Shown here piece after piece: positions 37,779 to 51,410 of a stretch of DNA of 64,000 bases. Location of the stretch: assembly GCF_000143415.4 (NCBI RefSeq), contig NW_003314278.1:388371-452370 (forward strand), in the 5' to 3' direction. Below the pieces are notes generated by a model. It ran no database searches, was not told the origin of the DNA, and saw nothing but the letters and a program-made list of their open reading frames with translations. This DNA is from Selaginella moellendorffii. Lineage: Eukaryota > Plantae > Lycopodiophyta. Within the stretch, counting starts at the first letter, position 1. Each line of letters opens with the position of its first letter. The translations under genes and the position numbers were made by a program.

Positions 37779-38728
37779 TGTAGCATATGTGATTATGGGA
37801 TGAGATTTAGATATATTATCATTGTGAATTCTTGGAACTTTGAGGAATAAATGAGAATAAAATAGCCACTAAGGGATCTCTTATTATGCTTTATTTCGTT
37901 AAAGTGGAACTTTTCATTATCCCACTTATGGTGTGTGGCCACATGCCATTTTTATAACAACAATAAAAATTTGAAGTTTTAGCTTTATAATTTATAAATT
38001 AAAAACTTTTCATATGATTTTGTGTTATAATATTGTGAAATATAAAAAATAAATTAAAAAACTGATAGAAATATTAATAAATATTAATTAAGTACTAGGA
38101 AATGACATGTGGACACATGCTAATTAATGTCCCATTTTACTGAATAAGTTCCACTTTAACGAAATAAAGCATTATTAAGCAATTGCTCTTTTTCCAGTTA
38201 ACTTAAGGGAAGAAATATAAAATATGTTATATATGGTATCAAAGAAAATGGCATATGTTCGATTCCCATTGATTAATGGCTACTTAAAATATAATATACC
38301 CTTGAGTAAGATATATTTCTATCCCTAAAACTAAAATCATATATATTGAGCATCTATGAGTATATCCTTCGTTTTACAAGGCATTTATGAGTACATCCTT
38401 CATTTTGTAGGGCATTTATAAAGGAAGGTATCCACCATGGGACTGTGGTATAAGTGGATGACTAATTGCCTTATATAGAATATCTAATATACATAATAGA
38501 AGAATTAGTAGATTTAATGCGGAAATGAAGGTGTTAATTCCCCTTAAATCAAGTCAATAAAGATATTAACATCTCTAAAAGAGGGGTGAGTGTAAAATAT
38601 ATGATTATGGGATGAGATTTGGATATATTATCACTGTGAATCTTTAGAACCTTGAAGGATAAATTGAGATAAAATAGTTAATAAAGGCTCTTTCATCAAA
38701 CAATTGTCTTTTTTCCAATTGACTTAAG
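37779..38728 (+). mobile_element. TRIM (miniature LTR retrotransposon) inserted in gypsy pol
   Basis: 5' LTR starts TGTAGCA at 37779; PBS TGGTATCAAAG at 38234-38244; ~330-nt non-coding interior; PPT AAAAGAGGGGTGAG at 38577-38590; a homologous, truncated 3' LTR starts TGTAAAA at 38591. Confidence 0.75.
37887..38171. mobile_element. 285-bp MITE with 26-bp perfect TIRs and TTA target-site duplication
   Basis: TGCTTTATTTCGTTAAAGTGGAACTT ... AAGTTCCACTTTAACGAAATAAAGCA, flanked by TTATTA on both sides. Confidence 0.88.
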
Positions 38729-41700
38729 ATGAGAGAGATAGAGGAGAGAGATAAAGTGTGCTTTTTACCAAGGATTAAGGATATATTTGATAGGTTGGGA
38801 AAGGCAAAATACTTTTTGGGATTTAATCCAAAATCTGGATACTACCAAATCAAGGTAACAGAGGAACATGTAAAAAAAACAACTTGTCAGATGAGGTATG
38901 AGAGTTTTGAGTTCCTAGTGATGCCCTTTATGTTGTGCAATGCATTAGTAATAATCTCAACACTAATGAACCATATCTTTATGTGATCTTTTTGTGGTAG
39001 TTTACATTAATGACATTTTTGTCTATAGCAAAATGCTAGAGGAGTATGTCGAACACTTGACGAATGTGTTTGAGAAACTAAAGGAACACAAATTATACCC
39101 TAAAGAGAGTAAGTGTGATTTTGCTCAATAAAAGGTAAAGTTTCTCAAGCATATAGTGGGCAAGAACAGGCTTAAAGTGGATCTTAAGAAGGTCTAAGAA
39201 ATCCAAGAATGGGAAATACCATCAAATATACACAAATTAAGGGCATTTTTTGGGTTATACAACATCAACCACTATTTAAGAGTAACTTTACCTTTAACAG
39301 ACTAAATGGGAAAAGAGAAGATTATATAGTGGCATTTGTCCACCTCAAAGGGGAATTAAGGAAAGCTCGGCATTATCAAATTTTGGTAAGGACTTCAAAG
39401 TAGAAATAGACACCTAAAACTTTGCATTAAATGTAATTTTGAAGTAAAAGAATTACCTAGTAGTGTTCTTCTTGAAAAAGTTAGATAAGGCTTAATAAAT
39501 GTGGCTTGCCATGAAAAAGAACTATTTGCGGTGCTCAAGATGCCCAAGGAGTGGCAATACTACCTTATGAAGCACTTCAAGGTATATATGGATAATATGG
39601 CAATGAAATACTTCTTGTCACAACTTGACTTCCAAGGAAAACAAGATTGGTGGGCAAATGCTTTGGCTAAGTTTAATTGCGAGATTCTATATAAACTTGT
39701 CAAGAGCAATGTTGTTATAGATGCTTTAAATCAAAAAGCAAACTTGAAGTTGGCAATATCTAATGCAATAATAACCGTTTAGGATGATATGCAGACAATG
39801 TATGAGGATGATAGTTTAGCACAATAAGTATTGCTACGGAACGAAGAGGTGTGGGATGCTCACCAAAAAAATGAGCTACATAGGGAAGAAAAAACTGATT
39901 ATGTGAAATATAATAAATTCATTTATTATAAGAAAACAAGGGTGTATGTCCCAAAGGGGAACTAATGAAGATGGCTTTAAAAGAATGTCATGATAAACTT
40001 TTTGTAAGACACAATGAAGTGCTTAAGACAATAGACTTACTCAAGAAAAAGTATCACTAGCCAAACATGGCTAAGGATGTTCAAAACTATGTAAAGATAT
40101 GCCTAATGTATCAGCAGGTGAAGGCTATGACCAAGGCTACTGGAGGCTTGTTACAAAGCTTTTTAATTCTCGATTGTCCATGAAAATATCTTACAATAAA
40201 CTTTATCAAAGGACTCCCCCCAAGTGAGAGGTTTAATGTGATATTTATAGTGGTAAATTGGCTTTCTAAAATGACACTTTTCATACCCACCACAATGGAA
40301 GTGGATATGGAAGGTATGGTGAAACTATTCTTTAAACAAGTGGTTCAAGTGCGAGGAAGGCCAAAAGAAATCATCTCAAATTGAGATAAAAAATTTACTA
40401 ATAAGCTTTAGAGAACTCTCCTAGAGTAACATCGCACTAAGCTGCAATTCAATATAACCTATCACCCATAGACATGTAATAAGTAGCAAGTCAAGTATAA
40501 TAGTAATAACATTTCTTGACAAATGGGCAAATAGAAAGGGTAAATAGGCAAATAAAGGATTATTTGTGATGCTATGTATTTAGAGACTAGACTAATTTAG
40601 TAAGTCATTTGTGACTTTGAGAAATGTGTTATAACAACTTACCACATTCAAATATCAAAGTGAGTCCATAAGAAGTTATCAATAAACGAGTTATTAAAGG
40701 TCCCATAGAATTTGGTGTGGCCAGTACCGTGAAGAGTTACCTACAATGGAGGCATTTATAGCAAAAAGGCTCAACATTTGGAATTTGGTGAGGGATTCCT
40801 TAAAACAAGTTCAACAAAGGCAAACTAAATATATGAACCAAAAGTGCAGAGACATAGGTTCTAACTTGGGGAGAAGGTCTGGAACACAAAAAATTACTAA
40901 ATGAGTCCACTAGAAATTAACCCAAAGGTAAAGTGTATGTATTTTTGGAATAAAGTGATCTTAAGTTTTTTTAACATATTCATAAGGCCTTATGAAATTA
41001 AGCCTTAAATTAGTAATGTGGCTTACTTTCTTAGGAGATGGAGAGGATGCACTTTATGTTCTACATGAATTTACTCAAGCCATACTTTGAGGACCCTCTT
41101 TGCAAAGACCAAGTGAGACTTTTACTCGAGGTTATTCAAGGGGAAAAGGAATACGAAGTCGAGGCTATCTTTAATATGTATAGGAGCAAGCGATAAAGAC
41201 ATGAAGTGAAAGATTTCCATGTGAAGCGAAAAGGGTTTCCATCTATAAAGCATAAGAACCAGAAAAAATACCTAACAAATGCTCAAGATCTAGTAGAGGA
41301 ATTTTTACAAGTTAGAATTTTATATATTTATGCAAAATTCAATTAAAGTATCCATTTATGAAATTGAGGAATGTTCTATGTTGAGAGCCAAAAGTAAGCT
41401 AATTAGTATTAGGTCAATCAGGTGTAGAGAGCTACGGCCAACTCCCCGAAAGGATGTCAAATCCATAAACATATTTTATGAAGTTTGGGTTCAAATCCCA
41501 ACCATCTAGTAAAGCAAGGGTAAATTCATATCCCAACCCTCTACTAAGGCGAGGTGAGGTGAAGGGTATATATAGACTCTTAGTAGGGGAGGCTGACTTA
41601 GGCACACCACTAAGTGGGAAGCCATGGTCAATAAGTTATAAGATTGAATAGATATATTCGATATGGGTTTTAAATTTCTTTTATAGGTAGTAGAGTTGTA

Positions 41701-43299
41701 AAGAACTATCTCCCCAAGGTGTCGTAAGCTAAAGGATCCCAGATGAGATTGAGTTTGAGTTTGAGTAAGAGACTAAGTTCGAGATTTAAGATTAGGTTCG
41801 AGACCAAGTCCAAGTGCAAGATTGAGTTTGAGTCCAAATACTAATATAAGTTCTAGGGTGAAAGCCCAAAACGATCATCCCCTTGGGGGGGTGGGGGCTG
41901 TGAGGGGTTCCAAAAGTATAGTGGGGATAATAAAGTTAAAAATCTAATCTTGAATGAACACTCTAGTGGTGCTTCCAAACTAAGTTGAGGAAAGGACTAA
42001 GGGTTAATAATCTTGGGTGGGAGTGAGCACAGGCTTAAGGAGTGCTAGAAAGGCTCTTCAAGTGCTCAAGAGCAATTCCTACTCTTGGAAGGGAAACTGA
42101 CTATAATGCTCCCAACTTAAGTTTTAGTGGTGTCTTACTTAAGTACTATTAGGCTTATTGATTCTTGTCCTTCCTAGGGGCTTGAGCCTTCCCTTCAGGA
42201 AGGAGGTGGGGAATCTATATTAGGTCATTAGGCCATAATGTTTCATGTCCTAGACTAAAAGATACACCCAAGGTTTGGGATTTAGAGGGTTCTATGAACA
42301 AACCTTCTATACCATAGGATATTAAGAACATGGAGGCTTGGTGTACTTGGTTATTATTTGTGCCTATAAAGAGTGTAGCCGAACTTGAAATCCAATTTAA
42401 CCTAGGGAGGGGGATTGAGAGAGAGTTTAGAAACCTATGAAGAGTTGGTTGACACTTTAGTAAATAGCTAAGTAGAATTAAGTTGAAGTTAGAATGATAT
42501 GCGGGAACCTTGGCAAGGGAGCTTATCTAAAGCTAAGGCAAAGGTGGTCGGATAAACGAAATAAATTAACAAATTAATAAAGGAAAATTTCGCTTACAAC
42601 ATGATGATGTCTCATATGCTCATATAAAATAGAAGAGTCATGGTAAGCATGAAGGAAGAGTGGAATGAAAACCAAAGGTAAAAACACTATTAGAAACAAA
42701 AGATCATCCAAATTAATCCTTACAAAATAATGAAAATTATCATTAAGGTGATATTGAGAATGTAAATGCAAAAAATACAAGGTTCTTAAAGCTATTATAA
42801 AGCCCTCAGATCGACACCTCAACCCTTCCACTAACTCGGAGGGAGAGGATTTTGATATAGAGTATTAGCATAATTTATTGACCTCATAGGGTGAAGAATA
42901 ATTTTAACATCATATATTTAAAGTTTCAAGGCCTATTGAGCAATATCACTAATTAAGTTCTTTCACTTTAATAATGAAGTGATTGTAATATGATCATCTT
43001 ATTTAAGAACTATGCAAGTAAGCATGTAACTTCTCAAAACCCCAAACCCTTACTAAACAGTGTAGACCACTCTTAAGCTCATAAGAAAAAAAGTTCAACT
43101 CACAAGCTAAGCTTAATTTTTAATTGTAGTTTAATAAATTTTATTAATTAATGTTTATAGCAAACTTAACTATAACTTATCTTTTAACATCTCTCTGCAC
43201 TTTATATAAGTAAATTTTTAAAGGATTCAAGAATTTAAATATTTACTACATACCATAATAAGTAGGTTTGTCATAACTTTAAATAAAATAAGATATATT

Positions 43300-44300
43300 T
43301 TTAAAAAAATACCTTATTTAGAAAAGTAATCTTGAATACTATATGTTCTTTATGGTTTTCTCTAGATTAGTCTTTTGGGTTTGAGATATCAGTAAGTTAT
43401 TGCTAATACTTGCTTGAGCAACTTTGGTTTTTTCATATTGTTGACTCAGATTTATTTAGATTGGTTAGTGTGATAGTTGGCATGAATAAATATTTATCGG
43501 TCTTTCATCATTTATTCTGTTTTGTTTATTATTGTTACAGTTGGTTCTAATAGATTGTATATTATTTCCTTTGGGTGATACATTTGTGAGCAGTTTTTTT
43601 TGCTAGTCAATGATATTTTATATTTTTTAAGCAAGTTTTTTGACATGTTATTTATAATTTTTTAAAGTTAAGCTTTATTATTGAGTTTTCTTGATGATAC
43701 ACTTACTATTGAATTTCGTCGGATAGTTCATCCTATGCCTTGAAACTATAATGATTGGTGGTTCTTATATTATTAGTTTATTAGATGATAACTTACTTGG
43801 AATACTTTTGTGTTCTAATCTATGACTAATTCACTAATAATTTATTCTCTAAGCTATTATTGTTTCTGACTTTGATATTATCTATCTTTTGATCTTTGGG
43901 TTGGGCTAGTATAGACAGGCTGGCTTTAGCACTTAGTGTGCATAGTGAAAGTGGGTAGCTACTGTCGATTAGCTATATTACCCGACTCTCTCTCGATATT
44001 CTTTATTTTGTAAAAAGAGTGTGACCATGTAAACAACTCTTGCCTATTTATAATAGTCTATTTAAACTTTAGTGATTTCTTAAGAGGATTAGGACCTCTG
44101 GCTTCTTTCTTTATATCACCAATGGGCAAAGGCATATCATCATTTGTAGGCTAGGTAACATTAAAAGTAGCAAGGGTGGCTAACTCCATTGGTCATTTCT
44201 TTATTGGCAACAACTGGAAGATATTTAAGTTGTAGCACATTTGTATTAGATAAAGAGGTTGTCTTCTAACTTATTTAAGTTGGTGCATTTCTCACAAAGT
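43300..44300 (+). mobile_element. Highly decayed gypsy integrase/3' region copy (related piece ~51640-52270)
   Basis: Reverse-complement similarity to ~45400-45800 and ~46700-46860 (e.g. AGCAAGGGTGGCTAACTC...GTCATTTCTTT). Confidence 0.6.
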
Positions 44301-44499
44301 GTGAACATTGTAAACTTTTTTTGGAGTTGTTTTTTTGGCAGTGATCTAGACTAAGGTATGTATTGATGAGGACATCAATTTTCCTTAATGTAGCGCACCT
44401 GAATTTGGAGCCAAACTCCAACCCCATTGCACTACAAAACAAGGGTTCAATACAATCCCACGAACACCAACTCCCCATATTCAACACCTACATGACACA

Positions 44500-47460
44500 A
44501 TTTTGGCATACCGTTGGCCTAACGCAAGGAAGGTACCCACCAACTAGAGCAGCATGGAGCTTGGGCTTAAACCCAAGCCGGACGCAGAACAAGAAGCGAT
44601 ATAGTCTAGCGGAAGCCAAACTAATGTTTCAGGTGGTCGAACATGCATTCCAACCACTATCCCTACTATACATTTAGAACCCCCATAGAGCGCCCCCCTC
44701 CCCCCCTTGAGGAACACATGCTTTGGGCTTTCACCCCAAGCCTCCCTTAGTACCAGGAGTTAATCTCTAGGATAAGTTTGAAACTTACTAAATATTGAAT
44801 GTCCTTAGATTGCAAATCTAGACATGGGACGAACACCATTGTGTTCAAGTCGATCTCTACATTCCGTAAATATGCCAAATGAGCAAATCTAGACACTTTC
44901 CATAAATAGCATTTGAGACCAAAATGAGACTAACACAAAGGGCATAATAGTAAGGGTGTTTGGCAGACACGGTAAGCTATCATTCAGCTATATTGAGGGA
45001 TTAGTCTCAATACACGAGGGTTCTTATCACTAGCCAGTGCAAGACATAACAAGACAGGAACTCCTTACTGGGCTAAATATGCTTAGATAATAGCACGTAG
45101 AAATTCCGTCCTTATGCTCATCCGATCTAAGTACACTCGAAAACCAGTTAACTCCACTAGCACAAGAGGGGCTACTAAAGGGATCTAACTGTACCGACCT
45201 CCTACCGTCATGGCAGTAAAAAAAGAATGCCCGTAGGACTGGCCAACAAGTATCTTTCAATACCCGAAGTCACATTCGCGACACTCTCCCCCCCTTGGGG
45301 AAGATCGATGTCCTTGTCGATGCATACCCAAGTCTAAAAAGCCGTCAAGGAAACAACTCTGAAAGTTAATGGAAAGCACATTATGTGGGAAACACACCGA
45401 CTTAAATGAGTTATGGAACGACATCTCTATATCCAAAGATGTTAAGACTCAGACACCCTTTGGGCGTCACCGACAAAGAAATGACTAACAGAGTTAGCCA
45501 CCCTTGCTATTCAGAGTACCACTTAGCTTACAAAGGAATGATACATCCTTACTTGTAGGGACATAGGGAAAAGACTAGAGGCCCAACTTCCCCTGAGCAA
45601 GAAATCAACCCCGTCGGGAAGATTTAGACAACTATTATAAACTGGTAGATTAAATTGTTTACACGACCATGCCCCTTTTCAAAAATGAGTCATCGAGAGA
45701 GAGGCAGAGACTTATGATCAATCTATAATAGCTATCCCCATGGTTATGGATCGGACCTATGCACCAAAGTGCCAAAGTCAGGCTGCCAAAACTGACCCAA
45801 TTACTAACGAATGAGAGAGACAAAACTTTGATTTATTGAAATATATTACTTTATTGATTTGCAAGATTTATTACAAAGTTTACAAAAATTAATCTTTATT
45901 ACTATTCTCATACTCCGTGACAAACTCACGAGCATGTGTAAGATTCCTAAGAGGTTCCCAAGTTGATTCACAAGTCGGATAACCTTTCCACTTAACTAGA
46001 TATTCCTTCGCACAAGCCCATCTCTGAAACCTGGAATCCAAGATAGTTTCAACTTCGTATTTTGGTTCACCATCCACAATGTTTGGTGGCAGAAGAATCT
46101 CCCCATGTCGTGCAATATCCATGGTGTAAGGAGCTAATAAATTGGCATGAAATACATTATGAATATTGGACATCTCCACAGGAAGATCCAATTGATAGGA
46201 TACATCACCAATTTGTTTCAACACCCGATAGGGTCCAACATATCTCAGTAACAGCTTTTGACAAAAAATCCCTTAATGTTCAAATTCTAGGAAGATAGCC
46301 ACACCTGATCTCCCACTTGATAGAATACATCCCAACAATGCTAATCCTTATCACATCGATACCTATCTTGAGCTTTGCCCATCGCCTTAGTAGCTCTAGA
46401 CCAACCTTGGCATTGCTGCTCTGCATAAATCTCAACGGCCGGGACCAACACTTCAGATATAGGTTTTGGTACAATAATCTGAGGAACCCCACGAGCATTC
46501 CCTTGCAGCATCTCCTATGGAGAACAACCAATAGCACTGTGAAATGTGTTGTTATAACAGATTTCTATTGTATCCAAATGCTCAACCCTGTCGCGGCTTG
46601 GAGTTCAGTTCCGATGAATGTAGCACTTGAAGAAAATAACATTCTAATATATCATAACCAACTTTAACAATAATGAACAAAACAGAATTAATACCACAAG
46701 GCTAATAACACCCATTTAGGTGAACTATTGCACTGACTCATTTTAATAAATACCAGTCAACAATATAAAGGAACAAAAATTGCTCAAATACATGTTAGCA
46801 ACATCCTATTATCTCAAACCCAAAAAACCAATTCAAACTAAATCACAAAAAATATATGATAATGCAAAAAATTAGAAGCCATCAAAGTAATAACTAACCA
46901 TCATAGAAATTGTCAATCACCCCATCAATAGAGATGCATATCATTGGTCAAAAAAGAATCTACCATCCCAAAGAATGATAAACCATCCATCATTAATAAT
47001 AATCAAGCAAGATCTGTAATAAGGATAATCAATTATGCTAGATGAAAATCAATCATCACTATTAATTGTTAGATGTAAATACTAACTTAAATATCTATCT
47101 AAATTAATGAGCCAAAATGCTTTCTCTACTTTCCCTAATAACTCCTAACTAACGGAACAATAAGAACTTTATAGCCAAATCTTATATAACAATAATCATA
47201 ACTCTTGAAGCAACCAATTTAAATGCTAAAGAATAGTTATAACAAATAACATCCTCCTTGATACATTTATAAGCCAAACTTCATAATGCAAGAGCTAATG
47301 AAAAGTATATCTACATCAATCCAAAAGCCAAGCATGACAAAGATATACTCAATAAGTGATTTCCAAATGATCCCACATAAATCTATTTTCCATATCAAGC
47401 ATAACTCACTTTATAATAAGCACAATAAAGTTTTTTAATAATCAATATAGCTGTGAAGAA
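44500..47460 (-). mobile_element. Ty3/gypsy chromovirus 3' portion: integrase remnant, chromodomain, PPT, 3' LTR
   Basis: YQLDLPVEMSNIHNVFHANLL; chromodomain YEVETILDSR...EYLVKWKGYPTCESTWEP; PPT AAGGGGGGGAGAG immediately before TGTCGCG at 45283. Confidence 0.9.
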
Positions 47461-47913
47461 AATCTTACATTCAAGTGTTTTAACCAAGCTTATTTTACCT
47501 TGTTTTTGCTTTTGTAGATAGTACTAATAAATTTAACCACTTTACTTTTTTCTTGTCAACCTCATATAGCTTTGAATATTTCTGAAGATAAAGTTGATGA
47601 ATTTAGGGCCTACACTAATATGACTTTTCCATTTAAACTGAAAGAGGAGAAAATGATAATTGACTATTGTTTCATATTCACTTTATATAAAGTGCATTCT
47701 AGCACTTTGATTACAAATCTAAAAACTTGAATCTCCTTGAACTTGGAATTCTATTAATCTTATTGTTGTTTGCTCTTGCCCACACCAGAAAAAAGAAACT
47801 TCAAACATACAACCATACAAGTACAAATCACACCACCAACAAAATAGAGCCTAATAAAGATCAAAATGCTAATATAAAAAACTTTTAGAAACAAAGATTA
47901 AAAAAAAGGAATA

Positions 47914-48500
47914 AAATACTCTAAAACCTAAAGAGAAGGATGGAGAGGAAAATGTAAAAAAAAACTCTCTATCCTTCTCTTTAGGTTTTAAAGTTTTCTA
48001 TCTCTATCTCAAGGGTTTTTACCACATGAAGTCTAATTATCATTGATAATGTTAGTAATAACATTCTACTATGGCATGTAGATCCAAAATATTCTAGTTG
48101 ACTATCAACATGTGTGAAGTATCATTATATTGTCAAATATTTAGCGTTAAGTGAAGTTAGTAATGATAATTCTTCAATGATATTGATTTGATTATCAGTA
48201 CAAGTCTTATTCATAAGTGTAAATATTGCTCAATGACATTACAGCATGTGCCTACAGTTTAGGTTCTTATACAACAAGAATAGAGATAGAGATAAAATAC
48301 TTTAATTCCTAAAGAGAAGGATGGAGAGGAAAATGTAAAAAAAACCTCTCCATCCTTCTCTTTAGGTTTTAAAGTTTTCTATCTCTATCTCAAGGGTTTT
48401 TACCACATGAAGTCTAATTATCAGTGATAATGTTAGTAATAACATTCTTCTATGGCATGTAGATCCAAAATATTCTATTTGACTATCAACATGTGTGAAG
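47914..48500. repeat. Duplicated ~200-nt unit (about 380 nt apart), each carrying an inverted-repeat hairpin
   Basis: 47914-48121 is nearly identical to 48293-48502. Arms are CCTAAAGAGAAGGATGGAGAG / CTCTC(C/T)ATCCTTCTCTTTAGG. Confidence 0.85.
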
Positions 48501-49746
48501 TAATATAGTGCTTTGAATCCAATCACCCATAGATAGTGCTAATAATAAAGATTTTTAATTTATGGATAAGGATTCATCCATTCATAGATTAGTATAGTAT
48601 AACATATTTAATATGTTAATGCAAAATTCCTTTTTATACTCTTTAACGTTCCTATAACCAATCCAAAACATATATGAAATCTTGATGAGAATGCATCCTT
48701 TCTATATCATTAGGAAAAAATAATATCATATCTATAATAACTTAAACATTGATTGTTGAAGTAATATAGTGCTTTGAATCCAAGCACCCATAGATAGTGC
48801 TAATAATGAAGATTTTTAATTCTAAGAGTTTAGGATCACTGGCTAAGATATCAATATCATTGAAAGGGCTGTACAACGTTAATGGTTGACATCACACAAA
48901 ATATAGTACAATAGTTGCTATCTTTGAAAAAAGTTGCTATCTCTTGAAATATTCTGTATGTTTTTCAAGTTTTTAGTTATAGCATCATTACTATATCCAA
49001 AAAATAAAGATTTTCATACAGTAAGATTGTATCTCATGTTATTTGTAAGATAAATTAAGATATCATGATATGGTAATAGCTGCCAAGATTAGAGTTAGGT
49101 TTCACTGTCATTAGTTAGTGTTGCGAGAGATTGAGCATATGACTAATTGAGCATATGAGAGATTGAGAGCACTACAAGAGATTGAGTGCATGATATATTG
49201 AGCACTATAAGAGATTGAGTATGTGAGAGACTCAATACTATAATAGATTGAGTGCCATGAGAGTTAGGGGCAAAGCAAAGTGCAAGCACTGTAGAAGTGT
49301 TAAGTGTGAAAAGCCGAGCAACAATGCCACGAAGGGTAAGTTTCTTCCAATTAGTTTCTTTTCCATTTATTTGTTATTATCTATTTTCTTTCTCTCTTTG
49401 TTTCTACTGTTTCTTGCCAAGATCAAGAGCAATAGGGGCCAACTAGGTTAAGGTTGTTGGTGAGGTTGGGCATTATAGGTAATTTTATCATTAGTGGGGC
49501 CAATGTTATTTAAATAACCTTAGCCTCTGGGCAATAAAACTATCTAGGGTTTAACTTGGGCTAGCCACCTTGGGTAGTTTTGCAATTTAAAGAGCTGAAG
49601 TTATTTGAATAATTTTGCACCTCTAGGCCATGAAATTACTTGAGATGGCCATGAAACTATTTAAGGTCAAGCTTAATCCAACTAAGATATCTACCACTTA
49701 AGGCACTAGTTTACATTCAATTTGTGTAAAGGGTGTAAGGGATGGA

Positions 49747-50703
49747 NNNNNNNNNNNNNNNNNNNNNNNNNNNNNNNNNNNNNNNNNNNNNNNNNNNNNN
49801 NNNNNNNNNNNNNNNNNNNNNNNNNNNNNNNNNNNNNNNNNNNNNNNNNNNNNNNNNNNNNNNNNNNNNNNNNNNNNNNNNNNNNNNNNNNNNNNNNNNN
49901 NNNNNNNNNNNNNNNNNNNNNNNNNNNNNNNNNNNNNNNNNNNNNNNNNNNNNNNNNNNNNNNNNNNNNNNNNNNNNNNNNNNNNNNNNNNNNNNNNNNN
50001 NNNNNNNNNNNNNNNNNNNNNNNNNNNNNNNNNNNNNNNNNNNNNNNNNNNNNNNNNNNNNNNNNNNNNNNNNNNNNNNNNNNNNNNNNNNNNNNNNNNN
50101 NNNNNNNNNNNNNNNNNNNNNNNNNNNNNNNNNNNNNNNNNNNNNNNNNNNNNNNNNNNNNNNNNNNNNNNNNNNNNNNNNNNNNNNNNNNNNNNNNNNN
50201 NNNNNNNNNNNNNNNNNNNNNNNNNNNNNNNNNNNNNNNNNNNNNNNNNNNNNNNNNNNNNNNNNNNNNNNNNNNNNNNNNNNNNNNNNNNNNNNNNNNN
50301 NNNNNNNNNNNNNNNNNNNNNNNNNNNNNNNNNNNNNNNNNNNNNNNNNNNNNNNNNNNNNNNNNNNNNNNNNNNNNNNNNNNNNNNNNNNNNNNNNNNN
50401 NNNNNNNNNNNNNNNNNNNNNNNNNNNNNNNNNNNNNNNNNNNNNNNNNNNNNNNNNNNNNNNNNNNNNNNNNNNNNNNNNNNNNNNNNNNNNNNNNNNN
50501 NNNNNNNNNNNNNNNNNNNNNNNNNNNNNNNNNNNNNNNNNNNNNNNNNNNNNNNNNNNNNNNNNNNNNNNNNNNNNNNNNNNNNNNNNNNNNNNNNNNN
50601 NNNNNNNNNNNNNNNNNNNNNNNNNNNNNNNNNNNNNNNNNNNNNNNNNNNNNNNNNNNNNNNNNNNNNNNNNNNNNNNNNNNNNNNNNNNNNNNNNNNN
50701 NNN
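49747..50703. other. Assembly gap (957 N)
   Basis: Run of n characters. Confidence 1.
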
Positions 50704-51229
50704 AAGCAAAGGTGACTCTTACAAACTAGATATTGTAACACATGTTTTTTGTAGTGATGATTATTATTAATAATTTCATTCCAATTCAATAAGATGCTTA
50801 TGATGAGGAGTTGGAGGAACTCTCATCGACAATATATCATATAATGGTAGCATATTTTTTGTTGTTTTTTTCATTCACTTGGCTCTATTTAATTCTGTCC
50901 TATTTCTCCAATAGCGCATTGAGGCACTATGGGTGTCTTTGTTGACTCCTATAGTAGATTACTAACACCTTTCATAGAAGACAATATGAATATGGACATA
51001 AAGTACCAATTTAACTATTAGTGTTAAATGACTCTAACTGGATCTATAAGCTTATAATGTATGCAACATATATTTGTTATGTCATAGCTTTTGCATACTT
51101 GGAAAGACTTCCAAAGCATCCAGTTTTAGAAACTACAACTGATTATAATCTATAAAACAAAGTATTAAAATTTTAATAAATATAATTTACATTCTTGAGG
51201 TTAAAGGCATCTTATGAAATCCTTTGAGC

Positions 51230-51410
51230 TGGCATTTGAAGAAATTATGTTCTTTAATAACAAACACTAATTTACTAGAGTCATGTGCTACCTTTACCAT
51301 AGAACCATTACCTACTGTGTAATCAATCACAACATCATTTAATGAGCAATAGAGCTTAAATAAAACTTGCATCAATGATGGAGTTTGAAATTGGTACCTA
51401 GGAAACGTGT
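51230..51410 (-). pseudogene. Degenerate N4/N6 DNA methyltransferase-like fragment (SAM-binding region)
   Basis: QFQTPSLMQVLFKLYCSLNDVVIDYTVGNGSMVKVAHDSSKLVFVIKE resembles QKPxxLxxxLIxxxSxxGDxVLDPFxGSGSTxxAAxxxGRxxIGIE. Confidence 0.4.

Larger units (their letters stand above)
37160..42400 (+). mobile_element. Degenerate Ty3/gypsy chromovirus pol (protease end, RT, RNase H, integrase, chromodomain) plus LTR-like 3' region
   Basis: LPRIKDIFDRLGKAKYF...SGYYQI...EFLVMPF; HEKELFAV; zinc-binding integrase segment near 40000-40120; EYEVEAI chromodomain at ~41150. Many stops and frameshifts. Confidence 0.88.

Noticed and set aside
37779-38728. Cassandra (5S rRNA-bearing) TRIM
   Set aside because: No 5S rRNA-like sequence is recognisable in the LTRs.
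34072-45283. The two homologous LTRs as the paired ends of one intact element
   Set aside because: The LTR ending at 45283 follows a PPT (it is a 3' LTR), both are truncated, and the interior has opposing orientations.
49698-50789. Four 330-363 aa ORFs in the track
   Set aside because: Artefacts of translating the N gap.
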